A stretch of 64,000 bases of DNA from the human T2T-CHM13v2.0 reference genome, Homo sapiens, in NCBI RefSeq assembly GCF_009914755.1, contig NC_060939.1. One strand, written 5' to 3'. Position 1 is the first letter of the stretch, and each line of letters begins with the position of its first letter. A model generated the notes under the pieces. That model was not told where the DNA came from and made no database searches. It saw only the letters and a program-made list of their open reading frames with translations. Shown here one piece after another: positions 1 to 14,359 of the stretch. The position numbers and the translations under genes were made by a program.

Positions 1-349
1 TTTAAAGACTGATCACACAAAATTTAAATATTTTGTGGGTCAGCTTCTCTTTTTTGTTGGCTCTTGCTCATGATGTCTTTCGTTTCTCTGTTACCTGGAA
101 ATCTTTAACTCTATATAGTTATTTGTAGAAATAATTTGAATATCTTTAAATAAATACCTTACTTAAGGGAAGATTTGGATTTGCTTCTGAGAAACTCGTA
201 GGGAAGTACTAACTCAGATAGATCTTAAAACAAATTCAAGGCTGGAGGATCACTGGGAGATCTACAGATGAAACTTGGTTACAATTCCTCCTAAGGACTG
301 GGCCTCTTCTCATTCATTCTTATCCTGACTACATTGTGTTGAATCTTCC

Positions 350-430
350 TATTGTTCAATTTCCGCATCTGTAAAATAGGCAAAAGAATACCTAGCTTGC
401 TGATTTGTTGTAAAAATTAGAGGTAGCAAG
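350..430 (+). mobile_element. MIR SINE fragment (core)
   Basis: ttcaatttccgcatctgtaaaatagg...ttgttgtaaaaattagagg resembles the MIR core (ctcagtttcctcatctgtaaaatggg...gttgtgaggattaaatgag). Confidence 0.55.
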
Positions 431-1097
431 CGTTGATACAGGAAAGTGATTTTTTTAGACTATTGTGGATAAATATCAACAGATGTTATGAACTAATTGG
501 CTTGAATGTGTTTGATAACATAGGATGCTGTATCTATTCTAATTTTGTATTTCGTTGCTGCTTTAAATTTACTGAGAAACTACTCTTTTCATAGCTTTGA
601 CCCTTTTATACACATATTTGTAATCTTGAGCAACCAATATTGATGGATCTCTGCTGTGAGAGAGATGGTCCTTTAAGGAAATGTCATAAATACTTGATTT
701 TGATGTTTCTATTTTTAAAATTTTGCAGTATTCACGGTAACTAGCCAATTTTAAGATATGAATACTATGTCAAGGATTTACTTTTTCTAACATTTAGTAC
801 TTGGAGTGGACAGAATGTATTTTAAGAAAAGATTTCTCCCTGTCTTAGTTGTTCCCCTTTGGCCTGTGAAGAGTGGAACAGGAGTTACACAAATAGAGAT
901 GATTGCCTCTCCATCCTGACAAAGTATGATAAAGACCACCGAAGTGTTGTACGCAAGAAAGCACAGGATGGCTGGGATGAGTGAACTATGTATCCCAGGT
1001 TTTACTTAGGCCTCAGCATCCAGTGGTAACCCTGTCAATTCTTTGCTCTCTCTGATCATTTGCAAGTATTGAGAGGAAGACACTATTTTGGGGTTAA

Positions 1098-1540
1098 TTA
1101 GAATCATACAGTATTTATCTTTTGTGACTGGTTTATTTCATTGGTTTAATATCCTCAAGCTTCATCCACGTAGCAGTATATGCCAAAATTTCCTTCCTTT
1201 TTAGAGCAGAATATTTCATTGAATGCATGTGTCATATTTGGCTTATCTATTCATCTGTTGATGGACAATTCCATTGCTTTCATGTTTTAGGTTTTGTGAA
1301 TAATGCTGTTACTAACATTGGTTTACAAATACATTGCTGAGACCCTACTTTCAGTTCTTTTGGTTATATACTTAGAACTGGAATTGCTGAATCATATGGT
1401 AATTCTATTTTTTAATTTTTTGAAGAACTTCCACACTGTTGCTCTAACTTCTATTATTTATTTGCTTCTGCTAGCTTTAGGTTTAGTTTATTCTTTTTAT
1501 GGTATCTTAAAGTATGAAGCTAAGTTACTAACTTGGAATC
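1098..1540 (-). mobile_element. Old L1 (L1MB-like) fragments, ORF2 3' end/3'UTR, antisense
   Basis: Antisense L1M text: gaatcatacagtatttatcttttgtgactgg...tattcatctgttgatggaca...gtgaataatgctg...ggaattgctgaatcatatggtaattctattttt. Confidence 0.8.
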
Positions 1541-1544
1541 ATCC

Positions 1545-2344
<800 letters not shown>

Positions 2345-2345
<1 letters not shown>

Positions 2346-2396
2346 GTGTGTGTATATATATAAATCTATATATATATATTTATATATACATATATA
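2345..2396. repeat. (TG)n/(TA)n microsatellite
   Basis: gtgtgtgtatatatataaatctatatatatatatttatatatacatatata read directly. Confidence 0.9.
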
Positions 2397-3377
2397 ACAA
2401 CATTTATGTTGTTCCTCTACATGGGTCATATTTCCCAATTTCATTTTATGCCTTTTTTTTCTTGTTGTTGTTAAAAATTGGGCATTTGAAAAAAGTGGAC
2501 ACTTCTCCCCATCTTTGCAAACTGATGTGGAAGACTGTTACTACTTAGTGGGCCCACCTATCCTTGACATTAGCCTGGGTTGAAGTCTTAATGTCTTTTC
2601 AGATCCTTTCTGGGTATGCATTCTGTCTGGGCCTCTGTGTGTGTGTGTCTGTCCCTGTGTGTTTCCAGGCTTGTTTTAAGTGTCTTAATTTCCCAAAATA
2701 TCTCACTCTAGCTTTTTCTAGGGGGTTCTAAATGTTCTATTGCATTCCTTGGCCTGTAATCTCTTCACTCTAGATGTTCAATGGTCTGAAGTGCCTCTGT
2801 GGTTTTCATATACTACAGTAAGTACCACGGCCTTCTATGAACTGGAGCTTCCTAATCCACCCTCTTGCTGACATCACACTAAATATTCACTTTTGTAACT
2901 ACTTTTATATTTCAAAATTTGCATCCCTTTTCAAAAAATAGGTTATACACCAAAGTGTGTGAGCGTTAGGCCCCTGAATCTGAATCTACATCTGGAAGTA
3001 AGAAGAAAGAAATTTTAACTGTGAAACAAGTTTGAATTTTCGTTATTTACATGAATTGCAAAAACAAGTCATTTATATCTAAAGGTGATAAAAGATTTTA
3101 TTTTTATTTTTTGTTTTATGAAATCAACCCTCCTATCCAAAGTAACAGAAATAATCTATTCAGAGTCATGGAAAAAACAGAGTGGGCTGTTGGAATTGGA
3201 AAGAAACAAGTATGTGTGTGATCTATCTCTATCATCTATCTATCTATTATCTATCATTTACTTCATGGCTTAGTGTATGCCCATATATGTCCTTTAAAGG
3301 GGGAAATAATAATATTTAATCTGAGAACGTATTTATAATTTTGACAAGTGTTTGTGGACACTGGTTTTATAGTTAGG

Positions 3378-3605
3378 TAGACTTGAATTTATCCTAGGTC
3401 TGTTTTTGTTCACTCGGGAAAGTTGCTTATCCTCTAAATAACCTTGGTTTTCTCTATCTGTAAAATGACATCATAGAACATGTTTTAGGGTTGTGGTAAG
3501 AACAAAATGAGATAATTCAAGTAAAGGTTTTAGCATAATGCCTGACATGTAGAAAACACTAGCATTCAAAAAGGAGTCATTATTATCATTTTTACTATTA
3601 CTTAT
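3378..3605 (+). mobile_element. MIR SINE
   Basis: tctctatctgtaaaatga...agggttgtggtaagaacaaaatgagataa...gtaaaggttttagcataatgcctgacatgtag plus a tattatt tail. Confidence 0.8.
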
Positions 3606-5146
3606 TAATACATACTTGGAGAAGCAGGTAGTTTGGTGCTCTTACATTATCACTGAATAAATTGAGGCCAAGAGTTTAAATATTTTGTTCATAATTACTT
3701 AGGAATTTATGAGTATACCTTTAGCTTGTAAACTGTAGAAATTATTAACATCTTTGCCTTTCCATCAGTTCATTAAGAACTGCAAATTATAAATGTTTCT
3801 GGACTCTAAGCTGAGTATGCAGTATCTTATGAAAACATCAGGCAGGTGGGGTTGGATTTGGTATTTTTTCTAAGAATTTAGTCCCTTTATTGCTCAAATT
3901 ACTGGAAAATCAATGACTTGTGCCAAACAAATTGTTTTCTTTCTCTAGACAAAAAGCAGATCAGCAAGTTTTCATATTGCACTATTTTCAATGGCTGGAG
4001 CATCAACATTTTACAACAAGAAAAAAATTAAAATTCTTCAACATTTGGAAAAGAAGTGTTTGTAAAACTTTTCACATCCATTCACCATCCGGAAAAGCAA
4101 GGTTTTACAGTGAGGCCTGATGATGTCTAGAGTCACCATGCATCTTGGAAAATGACCTCCTATTTATTTCTTCTACAGGACACCATGGTGTTCACCTTTC
4201 TACAACTTTACACTTGCTGAGGACATATTGTGGAAAATTAAGAGAAATATATATGGATGGCCAAGGCTGTAGATGGATGTCCAAGCCTTTTTACTGGGGA
4301 ATGTTTTCAGAACAAAATGAGTTACAGGTTCAAGAGTGAAACCCAACAAATCTTGGCTCTTTTTTTCTCTACTAAATTCCAAATCAAAAGTATTTATGGA
4401 GTGCTTTTAATGTGCCACGCACTGGGCTAGAGATTCATAATTTTGATGGGAATCTGTGTATTCAAACTCTTTTAACGTGGAAACCTTGCTTGTGCAAGGT
4501 CCTCCCAGATCTTATCCTACTTTATCAAAGCTTGGCTAAATGCAACATGTCTTCTCCCCAGTGCCCTGGGTCTCTGTACACGCAGTAAAGTGGTCCTTAG
4601 ACATATGCTGAAATAGGGCTTAATTTTCCCCATATACGAATGAGATAAATTCTACTACATGTAGCCAGACTTCGATAGGGAGAACACCCAAAGTCACTTA
4701 AAATAAAACTACACTTTCATTTTTGCAAGCCAAATAATCCTGGAGGAAATTGTGCTAATTTTTTTTTCAAATTTTCAGTTTACACATTGGAGTTTTGACT
4801 TCAATATGTAAAAAGTGCATGAAAATGAATGTAGTGCATCTTTCCTCATATGCTCTGCAGTGATGCGAACTGACTGCATGGCTAGCTGGTCACCTGATAA
4901 AGGGCACACAGAGATTCTTGTAGTTCATTAGGGATTACTCCGAGGTTGAACACAGGTTTTTCTTTTTCTCAGATATATAGGTAAGACTTGAACTTCAATT
5001 TCCTGCATAGTGAATATGGTTTCTATTGTCATGATTGAGCTTTTTTCATTTTAAACACTGAGAGCTTCTTTTGAGTTTGTGGGACCCACGCTTTTGGGCA
5101 AAGACTGCTTTCTCAAGGCACATATGTTCAGATGTTCAGGTCATGA

Positions 5147-5591
<445 letters not shown>

Positions 5592-5812
5592 ACATCAGCT
5601 ACTATTTAATGAACATCTTTCCCTGGACAAGAACAAAACTCAAAGAAATCCAACAGATTGCAACTTAGTCCTGGGGAGAGAAAAGTCCACATGTTAAGCA
5701 GAAAGCTGAACCACATAGAATTCAACCTTTGGTGCCGCTAGTGTTGACAAGGAAGGATAGATTCTCTGAGCTAGAGTAATAAAGAAAGAGAAATGAGAAA
5801 CTAGTATATCTC

Positions 5813-5994
5813 CAAAGGTTCTCAAAGTATTATTCCTGGACCAGTAGCATCAACATTCCCTGAAAATATGTTGGAATTAAAGATCTCAGCCTCCACCCAG
5901 ACTTACTGAATCAGAAATTCTGGAGCAGGGTCCACGAATCCTTGTTTTAGTCTTCTGGGTGATTCTGATACACACTCAAGTTTGAGACCCTCTG
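5813..5994 (+). mobile_element. MER5A hAT-Charlie MITE
   Basis: ggttctcaaagt...ggaccagtagcatcaacat...cccagacttactgaatcagaaattctgg...ggtgattctgatacacactcaagtttgagaccctctg matches MER5A, including terminal inverted repeats. Confidence 0.88.
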
Positions 5995-6268
5995 TCTAGC
6001 TACACCATGCTCTTTTTACTTCAACTCATTATCCCCACAACATGATGCCATAATATAGGAGATTACATAGTGTCAGGCTTTGCTTAACTTAGGCTAAGTC
6101 TTTAGATAGATACAAAGAGGTCATTCAATTAGTGGTACCTATTGGATAGGGCTCTTATACCATCCATTTTGTTCCGGCAGTTCTTAGCTCAGTTCCTGGG
6201 ACACAATAAATGATTAACAAATAGATAACTAGTTATTGAATGAGTGTGGATTGATGAAGTTTGAGTAT

Positions 6269-6298
6269 ACACACACACACACACACACAGACACACAC
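6269..6298. repeat. (CA)n microsatellite
   Basis: acacacacac run read directly. Confidence 0.95.
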
Positions 6299-6673
6299 AA
6301 TGTGAGCCATACAAGAGAATGAACGGGAAAGCAAATTTCTTCTTGAATACTCATAAAATCAGCTTTTAATACCAAATATTATTTCTTTAGGCCATATCCC
6401 ACTGGAGCCTGAATTGCTACAATAGCATTCTGGAGATTTTCCTCCTTTCTAGTATTGGCCTATCCTAATGTATTACATAACTAGCTTTCTGGAAAATATT
6501 CCTCAAGGATCACTTGCTTGCATAACTTACTTTAGAAATTCTTCAGTGTTTGAGTGTGTAGTTCTTTCTGTGCTGTGTGCCCATTGTATCTTGTGAATTC
6601 CTGTCTACTAAGGTAAATATCTGTCCACATGTCTCATTCCTTCACTAAACTAAGAAATCACTGTAAAGAAAAA

Positions 6674-7017
6674 TGTATTAGTCTGTTCTCACACTGGTGA
6701 TAGAGACATACCCATGACCAGGCAATTTACAAAAGAAAGAGGTTTACTGGACTTACAGTTCCACATGGCTGGAGAGACCTCACAATCATGGCAGAAGGTG
6801 AAAGTCACGTCTCACATGGCAGCAGACAAGAGAAGAGAGCTTGTGCAGGGAAACTCCCCTTTTTAAAACGATGAGATCTCATGAGACTTATTCACTATCA
6901 TGAGAACAGCATGGGAAAGACCTGTACCCATGATTCAATTACCTTTTACTGGGTCCCTCCCACAACAGGTGGGAATTTAAGATGAGATTTGAGTGGGGAC
7001 ACAGCCAAACCATATCA
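6674..7017 (-). mobile_element. THE1 (THE1B-like) ERVL-MaLR solo LTR
   Basis: tgtattagtctgttctcac...ggggacacagccaaaccatatca; TG..CA ends; 5-bp TSD aaaaa. Confidence 0.93.
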
Positions 7018-7284
7018 AAAAATAATTTATTAATTACCTTGTATGATTCTTTTTCCTATTCCTGGGATTTAGCACTGTTCCTAAAATGACTTATAAAAAT
7101 ATTTCATGTGTATTTATGTATAAGTACCACACACTAACAGATTGCCCCACTGGAGCACCCAATTTGTGTTTATTTAATCCGTGAAAACGATTAGTTCCTG
7201 GCCATGAAGTTTATGCTCCTCCCATAATTTTATGCCAGTTTTTCAGCCTTGTGAATTTCCTCTTTTATCCATCACCTCAATTAT

Positions 7285-7406
7285 TGTTTTTACAGGTGGA
7301 GTCTCACTATGATGCCCAGGCTGTACTTGAACTTCTAGGCTCAAGTGACCTTCCCACTTGAGCCTCTGGTAGCTGAGACTACTGGGGTGTGCCACCTTGC
7401 CTGGCT
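7285..7406 (-). mobile_element. Alu monomer (FLAM-like)
   Basis: ggagtctcactatgatgcccaggctgtacttgaacttctaggctcaagtgacc...gtgccaccttgcctggc, a single ~120-bp arm. Confidence 0.85.
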
Positions 7407-8534
7407 TCTCCTCTCACCTTTAGCTCAACAAGTCCTCTTGGAGTCCTCCTCTTACTCAAGCAGTGCTCAAGCCACCACTGGGTCATACTTTACATACCTT
7501 AGGGTGGCACTGTATTTGAGGGTTCACATTTAAATGTGCCAAATGCATGCAAAGCCTGGTTTACATTTAGGAGCTTTATATTTTTTTTGGCTTAAGGTCT
7601 GGTCTATCTGGTCTATATGAAAAATAGACTTCTTGAGCAGCCCCACCCTTTCTCACTTACAAACTTGTTCATAATTGGGCTTTAAATAAATAAATATTTA
7701 CTTACTTATTTACTTAATGAGGTTGACAGCTTGGTGAGATGTTTGACAATGATAATTTCAATAATTTCTGTCATTTTTAGTTCCAAGAGGAACCATCACC
7801 CAGTTGAAACTGTGAACCTCTCTCACAAAGTCTAAGTAGCCCTTGATTCAAGCTATGGGCACCAGTCTCCACATAATCTACTCAGAAGCACTGTAGTGTG
7901 GAAATTGGCAATGTCTGCCTTCTCCAAATCATTCAATAGAGTTTCAGCTTTTCTCAGGCATTCTGCATATTTATAAAAGTTAGCTCGATGCAGTATTCCA
8001 ATAAAACCACCAATTATATGCCTTTCAAAGGATGTCATCTTCTGAAAGCGTTCCACATGGCTATAATCTTATTACCTCTGGTTGAAGTAGTCACAGACCA
8101 AACTAAACGGTGAGTAGAGATTGGTTATAGGGATTATTTTTCCCATCAGAGTCAGTGTAAGTGACTGCCCTCTCCCTTGTGGTATGTTTCAGTCCTGACT
8201 TGACTAGTGAAGCCACTCCTACAGATTTCAAACTCTTTGCCAGGGTAGGAAAACACAGGTTGGCTTCACTTCATCCTCAGCCTCCTAACTTCCTTTTAAG
8301 TAACCATGAGATATATTTAGGAACTGCTGGTTTCTGAGCTAATACCCATGAGGCACCAAGGCAAAAAAAAAAAAAAAAGGCAAGTTAAACACACTAAAAC
8401 TGCTGGCCATCTCTTAACCATTCATTGCACATGTAAATTTCACTTGCATTTTTTCTTTTGCATTTGCTGGTACTATTTTCACTTTTATATCCTAAATTCG
8501 TGTGGTAAGAGGTCCTTTTAAAGCATAAGGCAAA

Positions 8535-8710
8535 GTAGCATAGGGTGGAAAGTTACAGATTTTAGAGAAAGGTAGACATGGCTTTGCAAACTAGCTCTAT
8601 TACTTATTACATCAAGAATCCCAGAGAAGTTTCTTCTCTAATCTTCCTAAATGTTCTTATGTGTATATTAAGGGTAATGATTCCTATCTTACAGTATTAA
8701 TGCGAATTCA
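8535..8710 (+). mobile_element. MIR SINE (diverged)
   Basis: agtagcatagggtggaaag...agacatggctttgcaaactagctctattactta...gggtaatgattcctatcttacag. Confidence 0.6.
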
Positions 8711-9384
8711 CTGAAGATTCATTCATTCCCCAAATGTTTATGTGCCCTTACAGGAACTGGACCAAGGGAAGAGGACACAGAAGGTAAAAGGAAGCCAGAC
8801 CAGCATGTTCTCCCACTCTAGTGCTCCTACCAAGAGGCTTTGATAAGCAATCACAATTGTCCCCAGTGACATGAAAGAAAAAATGAAGCACCCTGTAGGG
8901 ATGCATAGCATGACATCTACGTAGACTTGGGTCATGGAAGGAAACTGTCACCACATACAAGTTCAAGGGAAATGTTCAGCCTCCAGGGTAGGCAATCCCT
9001 AATTTATAACTCTTTACCTGTTGCTAGACATTTTGACTGCGTGTGGAAGAATAAGGAGTAGATAGCTAGACAGAGAAGCTTTTGGGAGAGAGCAGGAAGG
9101 AAAAGAATACAGCATGAGAAAAGATCTGAAACACTCAAGAAAGCCCAGCAGGGCTATATGGTAAACAGCAGGGGATAGACTTGACCTGAATGCCAGAGGT
9201 GTGATATGTTCTCAATTAACGAAAACTATATTCATCATTCAAAAACTGTGCATTAATTGACTTCTAGAAAGTAGGCAGTGTTCTGGTTAGTAAGTGGTTT
9301 GGAAGTGATTTTTTTAAAAACTTTTTTTTCCTAGAAGATATCTAGCAGAGCCTTCCTGCTGAAGGTAAAACCTATTAAGTATAA

Positions 9385-9531
9385 TATATATCTACATATT
9401 TATATATCTATATATATCTATATATTTATATATCTATATATATAGAGAGCGCCTGAAATCAGATAGTCATATATATAGACATATATATATACATATATGT
9501 ATGTGTATATATATGTGTGTGTGTGCGTGTG

Positions 9532-9576
<45 letters not shown>
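9385..9576. repeat. Compound (TA)n/(TG)n microsatellite
   Basis: Long TA and TG runs read directly; ends in a pure (TA) run at about 9542-9576. Confidence 0.95.
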
Positions 9577-9578
<2 letters not shown>

Positions 9579-10796
9579 TGAAATCAGATTGTCCTCAAGC
9601 AAATGGTAGCTTTCTTTTTTTACATTTTACTTTTTAGTATTGGCCAACATCTCCACTCTCCCCATGGGACACTTGAGTCCAATCGTTATTATAAGATGTT
9701 AGACCTACTCTCTCTCCAGGACAGGAAAATGCCAGTCACCATGGGCAAGAGCTTTTGGCAGCTTTGCAGCCTTTAAATGCCTCATTTTGAATAAGCAAGG
9801 CACTTTCTGGAAAGATTTAAAACCATGTTCTATAAGTTGCAATTAGTGGCTTCCCACAAATTGCATATCACTCCAGCAAGTGAGGTCTCTCCAGAGTGCT
9901 TTGCTAACTGGCTTACAAGATTGTATGTTATTGTTCTTTAGGGGGAAAATATTTTCTCTTTTCCTTTTATACCCACTCACTTAGATACATATCATCATAG
10001 GTATTTACTGCAGCGGACTCTGGCTGTGTGTTTACAAGGCCCCCAACTAGGGATTAACAAAAGTAACACGGCATGTCACCTTTCAAAGATATTTTATTTT
10101 CTTGGCGGGAATGTTTTTCCATTTCATTTTCAGTATGTAGGTGACTCCTAACCTACACTAGTTTATTGCCTTACTTAGAGTAAATAAAGATGCCTGATAG
10201 CGAGGAAAACATATTTACAGCAGTTAAATATGACATTGTTGCCAGTGCTGAGCCAAGCTGATTTGGGTTCAGACAATAAAAGCAAAGCATAGCAAGGTAA
10301 TATGAGAAGCTGATTGTTGTGGTAGCAAAAACTTTGAATTGCACCTATGCAGTGAATTCATACCTTTGAACTAGGGGAAATTTTGTTAAAGCCTTTTTGC
10401 CTTTGCTAAACAGGTTTTGGGAAGACTTTAAGAGAAAAAGTGTTTAGCAAAGGCAAAGTGTGGTTTCATCATTTTAGGAAGATAGCTAGTTGATGTGACA
10501 TCAGCATTCAGGTGGAAGCTGAGTATTTTGATAGGCAGCCTCCAAACAGAAGCTGCCCTACTGGTCACTGTTAACTAGGAATCAATTCAGGCATAGTGCA
10601 AGGGTGTAGGAATAATGACATTTATTGTTTTTTAAAAAAACAGACATAATAGATTTAGAAGCCTTAGCCACTCCCCAGCATTTGGATGTAGACAAATCAC
10701 TGGAGTGCTTTAGGCTTCTATTTCCCTATCTTTGAAATGAAGGAATTAGAGAATCTTTAGTATCTTTTCTAATCACAAGACTGCAAATTACATGAA

Positions 10797-10975
10797 TTCA
10801 AATCCCAGGTTATTCTGTAATTCTGCCTTCGGAATACCATTCACCTTCTGGACCTCAGCATCCTATATCCTAGAGTAACAATAATGTGTGTCTTATAACA
10901 TTTTTAAATTAATTTAGATAACATATGTGAAAAGTTCTAGCAAAGGGCCAGACACATAGTAAATATCTCAATACC
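10797..10975 (+). mobile_element. MIR SINE
   Basis: ttcaaatcccagg...ggacctcagc...gataacatatgtgaaaagttctagcaaagggccagacacatagtaaatatctcaata. Confidence 0.75.
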
Positions 10976-11066
10976 TTTCTAGGAGCCTTGTTGATAATGG
11001 CTTGATTGAAAAGAAAAAAAAAGTTAAGACAATGATTAGGGGATTTTCCAGTCAAAGATTTCTGTA

Positions 11067-11465
11067 CAGATGTGCCTTGACTTATGGTGGGTTCGTGTAC
11101 CAATAAAGTTGAAAATATCTTAAGTCAAAAATGCATTTAATATACCTCACCTGCCACACATCATAGCTTAGCCTAGACTACCTCAAATGTGCTCAGAACA
11201 TTTCCAATATCCTACAGTTGAGCAGAATCACTTGGCAACACAGTACACTGTAGAGCATTTGTTGTTTACCCCTGAGATGGCGGGGCTGACTGGAAGCTGT
11301 GCTCACCACCGCTGCCAGGCATTGAGAGAGAGTATGGTACTCATATCATTAGCCTGGGAAAGGATCAAAATTAAAAATTTGAAATGTGGTTTGTACGGAA
11401 TGCCTATCACTTTTATACCATTGTAAAGTCGAAAAATTGTACCATAGTATGCCAGGGACCATCTG
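11067..11465 (+). mobile_element. MER47B-like TcMar-Tigger non-autonomous DNA transposon
   Basis: TA|cagatgtgccttgacttatggtg ... cagggaccatctg|TA (TIRs plus TA duplication); internal catcatagcttagcctag and gtcgaaaaat are typical of MER47/Tigger5. Confidence 0.88.
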
Positions 11466-12284
11466 TATTTTTAGTAATTTTGCTTGAAAACAACTTCTGC
11501 GTACCAGACAGACCCCTACCTAAGGAAATATTTTTTCATTACCAACATTTGAGCAGGTTAGCAGAGGTGAGAGATCTGAATACAGAAGTGGAAACAACAT
11601 TAGAAACAGCCTTGGAGGACATCCAGCAGCCCATGCAAGTGGCAGAATGCTCATGGACAAGCTGAGTTTGTAGGGAAACTGCAATTAGATAGACAGGAAT
11701 TGACGTCCAGATTTGAGATGTGTGGAATCTGTGGGCATGATGTCATTGGTTTGTAGGGTTTATGCTCCATTTGTCCTTACAGAGGATCCCAGGAAAGAGC
11801 ATAGTGTGAGGGAGGTCATGGGATTAAGGTGAGACATTGTGGCAGAGAACCATCTTTTCATCAAAACTGTGCACTCTTCCTTCCATAGTGTGGAGCGTGT
11901 ACAGGAATGAAGCTGCTCACCCAGGACTTATGCTTTGCACCTTTGTGCTCCTCACATATGGCCATGTGCCCGTCCCCCCGTCCCCCACCCCACCAATGGC
12001 ATCTGTGCAGAGTGATATGCGCCACTTCCAGGCTGGATATTTACACTGTGGTTACCTTCTGTCCCTTTTCTCTGCATCAGCCGCTGAATGAAGCTCTGCC
12101 CAGGCCTTAGGAAAAGGTGAAACCCCAACTAGCAGGGGCCCCAGTTCACCATATCCAGGAAGGTGTCCTTGAACCAGAAATACCCACGTTGTACTCCGAC
12201 ATGAACAAGAAATAGATTTCTATTATATTAAGCAACAGAAATTTTCAGATATATCAGTTCTCGCAGCAGGAAGGATGTATTGAT

Positions 12285-12790
12285 AATGGCAACATGGATG
12301 GAGCTCAAAACATCACATTTAATGAAAAAAGAGACTTACATAAAAAAATTATAGACTATATTATTACATTCAAATGAAGTTCAAGAACAAGCAAAAGTTG
12401 TGGAAAAATATCAGAAAACTTGCTTCTGCTGGAGGGGTAGGATGGGATTTGACTGGGAAGAGGCCTAGGGGAACATGCTGGAATGATATTAATGTTCTAT
12501 TTCTTGATGGAGGTTTGGGTTCCACAGGTGTATGTATTTGCTAAAAGTTAGCAAATGTAGAGTTAAGGTTTGTGTTCTTCCTTGTGCAATACATTTTACA
12601 CCAAAGGAAAGGCTGTAAACAAATATTGAACTGTAGTTAATCATATGTATGGAGAAAAACTTAAGGAAAAGACTTATGAATGCCTCAAGTTTATTTAAAA
12701 AAGCATTAAAAATAAGATTAAACAGGTATTTATGGATAAACTACTGAAACTGAGAGATATTAACAGTAAATAGTCAAAATGTTCACTGTA
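12285..12790 (+). mobile_element. Old L1 (L1MC/ME) 3'UTR
   Basis: gcaacatggatggagctcaaaac...atgaagttcaagaacaagcaaaa...ttgactgggaagaggc...aatgttctatttcttgat. Confidence 0.75.
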
Positions 12791-13539
12791 AGAATGAAAT
12801 TGAAAGGGATTTGAACCCAGGTCTGTTTCACTGTAAATCCTTGCTCCTGTGCTCTCTCATGTTTATTGGAATTCATGGGTAGAAAATTTAAATGCTCTGA
12901 ATCACTATGAGAAGAAAGATTCAGGAAAAAAAAATGAAAGGCTAGATTTCCAAAGATAAGCCAGGTAAATATCATGGAGAGTTGCAACAATGTACTGCTA
13001 ATTAACTCTAATACTTAGAGCTAATGTCGAGTTTTCTGAGGGTTGTGACATTCATACATGACTAATTAACCTACACAGCAAATCCATTTCACTAGCTGCC
13101 ATGACACAGCCAATCAAGACTAGCTCACTGTTTGCTCATTTGGAAAATGATGAGGATTCCCATTTAGACTTAATTACACTACAAAGATTGACAATTATCT
13201 TCTCTATAGAAGCATCAGATGTTTCGATATTATACTGAACATGTGCCTATAATTATGTCCATAATTTGTCTAGCAGAAAATGTAACCCAGTCATTACTGA
13301 GATCTTATGCCTGTAATTAGATATCAAAAAAAAAATACCAAATGGGAAAAGTGGGTTGTTGGGATGTTAGGACCATTACAATGTGAGAATCTGTATGAAG
13401 CTATTAGTGGGAACTCAGTAGCAACCAACATCTCTTGGATTGCTGCCCTCTATTAAAAATAATCAGGAAGTGTGAGAGAGGGGAAAATGATGGCAGAGTA
13501 AAACCATAGTACAATCGCTTTTCCAATACTTGACTGCAG

Positions 13540-14270
13540 TCATTAAAAATCCCATAGGCACCTCAAATTCAACACATTTGAAACCGACTCATTAGCCACC
13601 TTTGCCCCACTATAGCTACTCCTTTTCCTGTGTTTGCTTTCTTAGACGATTGCAAAGCATTGTAGAGTCATCTGCAACAATTGTTCTCTCACTCCTTTCT
13701 CCTAATCAAACCTCCGTGATTCTGATTACTAATTTTTTCTAAGTGTGTTGCTCCTCTCTATGCTGTGACTCTTCCATTGTCTGCCTTCATCATCCTTGTA
13801 TGGTCAATTTCAAGAGCACGTATAAGAACGGTGCTGCATCTGAATGTTCACTCATAAGTGGGAGTTGAACAATGAGAACACATGGACACAGGGAGGGGAA
13901 CATCACACGCTGGGGCCAAGCGGAGGGAGAGCATTAGGACAAATACCTAATGCATGTGGGGCTTAAAACCTAGATGATGGGTTGATGGGTACAGCAAACC
14001 ACTATGGCACATGTATACCTATCTAACAAGCCTGCATGTTCTGCACGTGTATTCCAGAACTTAAAGTATAATAATAATAAAAGAAGAATGGTGCCGCTTT
14101 CCTCAAATGTCTCCACCGTGTCACTTATCTTCTGAATTTCTCCCAGTATGATCATCTCTAATCACGAATCTCATTATGCCACTCTGCCATTCAGAAGAGT
14201 TGAGTGTGTCCACCTCTTTCCTAACAGCATTTGGCAGAACACAGAAAGTATGTTTTGTTTTTCATTGAAT
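13540..14270 (+). mobile_element. L2 fragment (split by L1PA)
   Basis: ataggcacctcaaattcaacacatttgaaaccgactcatt is a hallmark L2 segment. Confidence 0.6.
13838..14083 (+). mobile_element. 5'-truncated L1PA 3' end with 14-bp TSD
   Basis: atgttcactcataagtgggagttgaacaatgagaacacatggacacaggg...cagaacttaaagtataataa; TSD aagaacggtgctgc (13824-13837) / aagaatggtgccgc (14084-14097). Confidence 0.95.
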
Positions 14271-14359
14271 TTTGTGCCAGCTTCACGCTGGCCTGCCCCA
14301 GTCTGTAATTTAGGCTAGCTCCATTATATGGTTTACTAATTATGTAATGTGACATGCTC

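Larger units (their letters stand above)
6130..7110 (+). mobile_element. L2 3' fragments (interrupted by THE1 LTR)
   Basis: cttagctcagttcctgggacacaataaatga...ttattgaatgagtg is an L2 3' tail; degenerate L2 text on both sides of the LTR. Confidence 0.5.

Noticed and set aside
4179-4220. GACACCATGGTG, a strong Kozak context resembling the beta-globin start, after a 3' splice-like site
   Set aside because: The frame closes after 11 codons (MVFTFLQLYTC) with no globin similarity; likely coincidence.
7853-8056. Protein-like 67-aa minus-strand ORF in unique sequence
   Set aside because: Non-ATG start, no family recognised, no convincing splice context; BLASTP/PhyloCSF would be needed.
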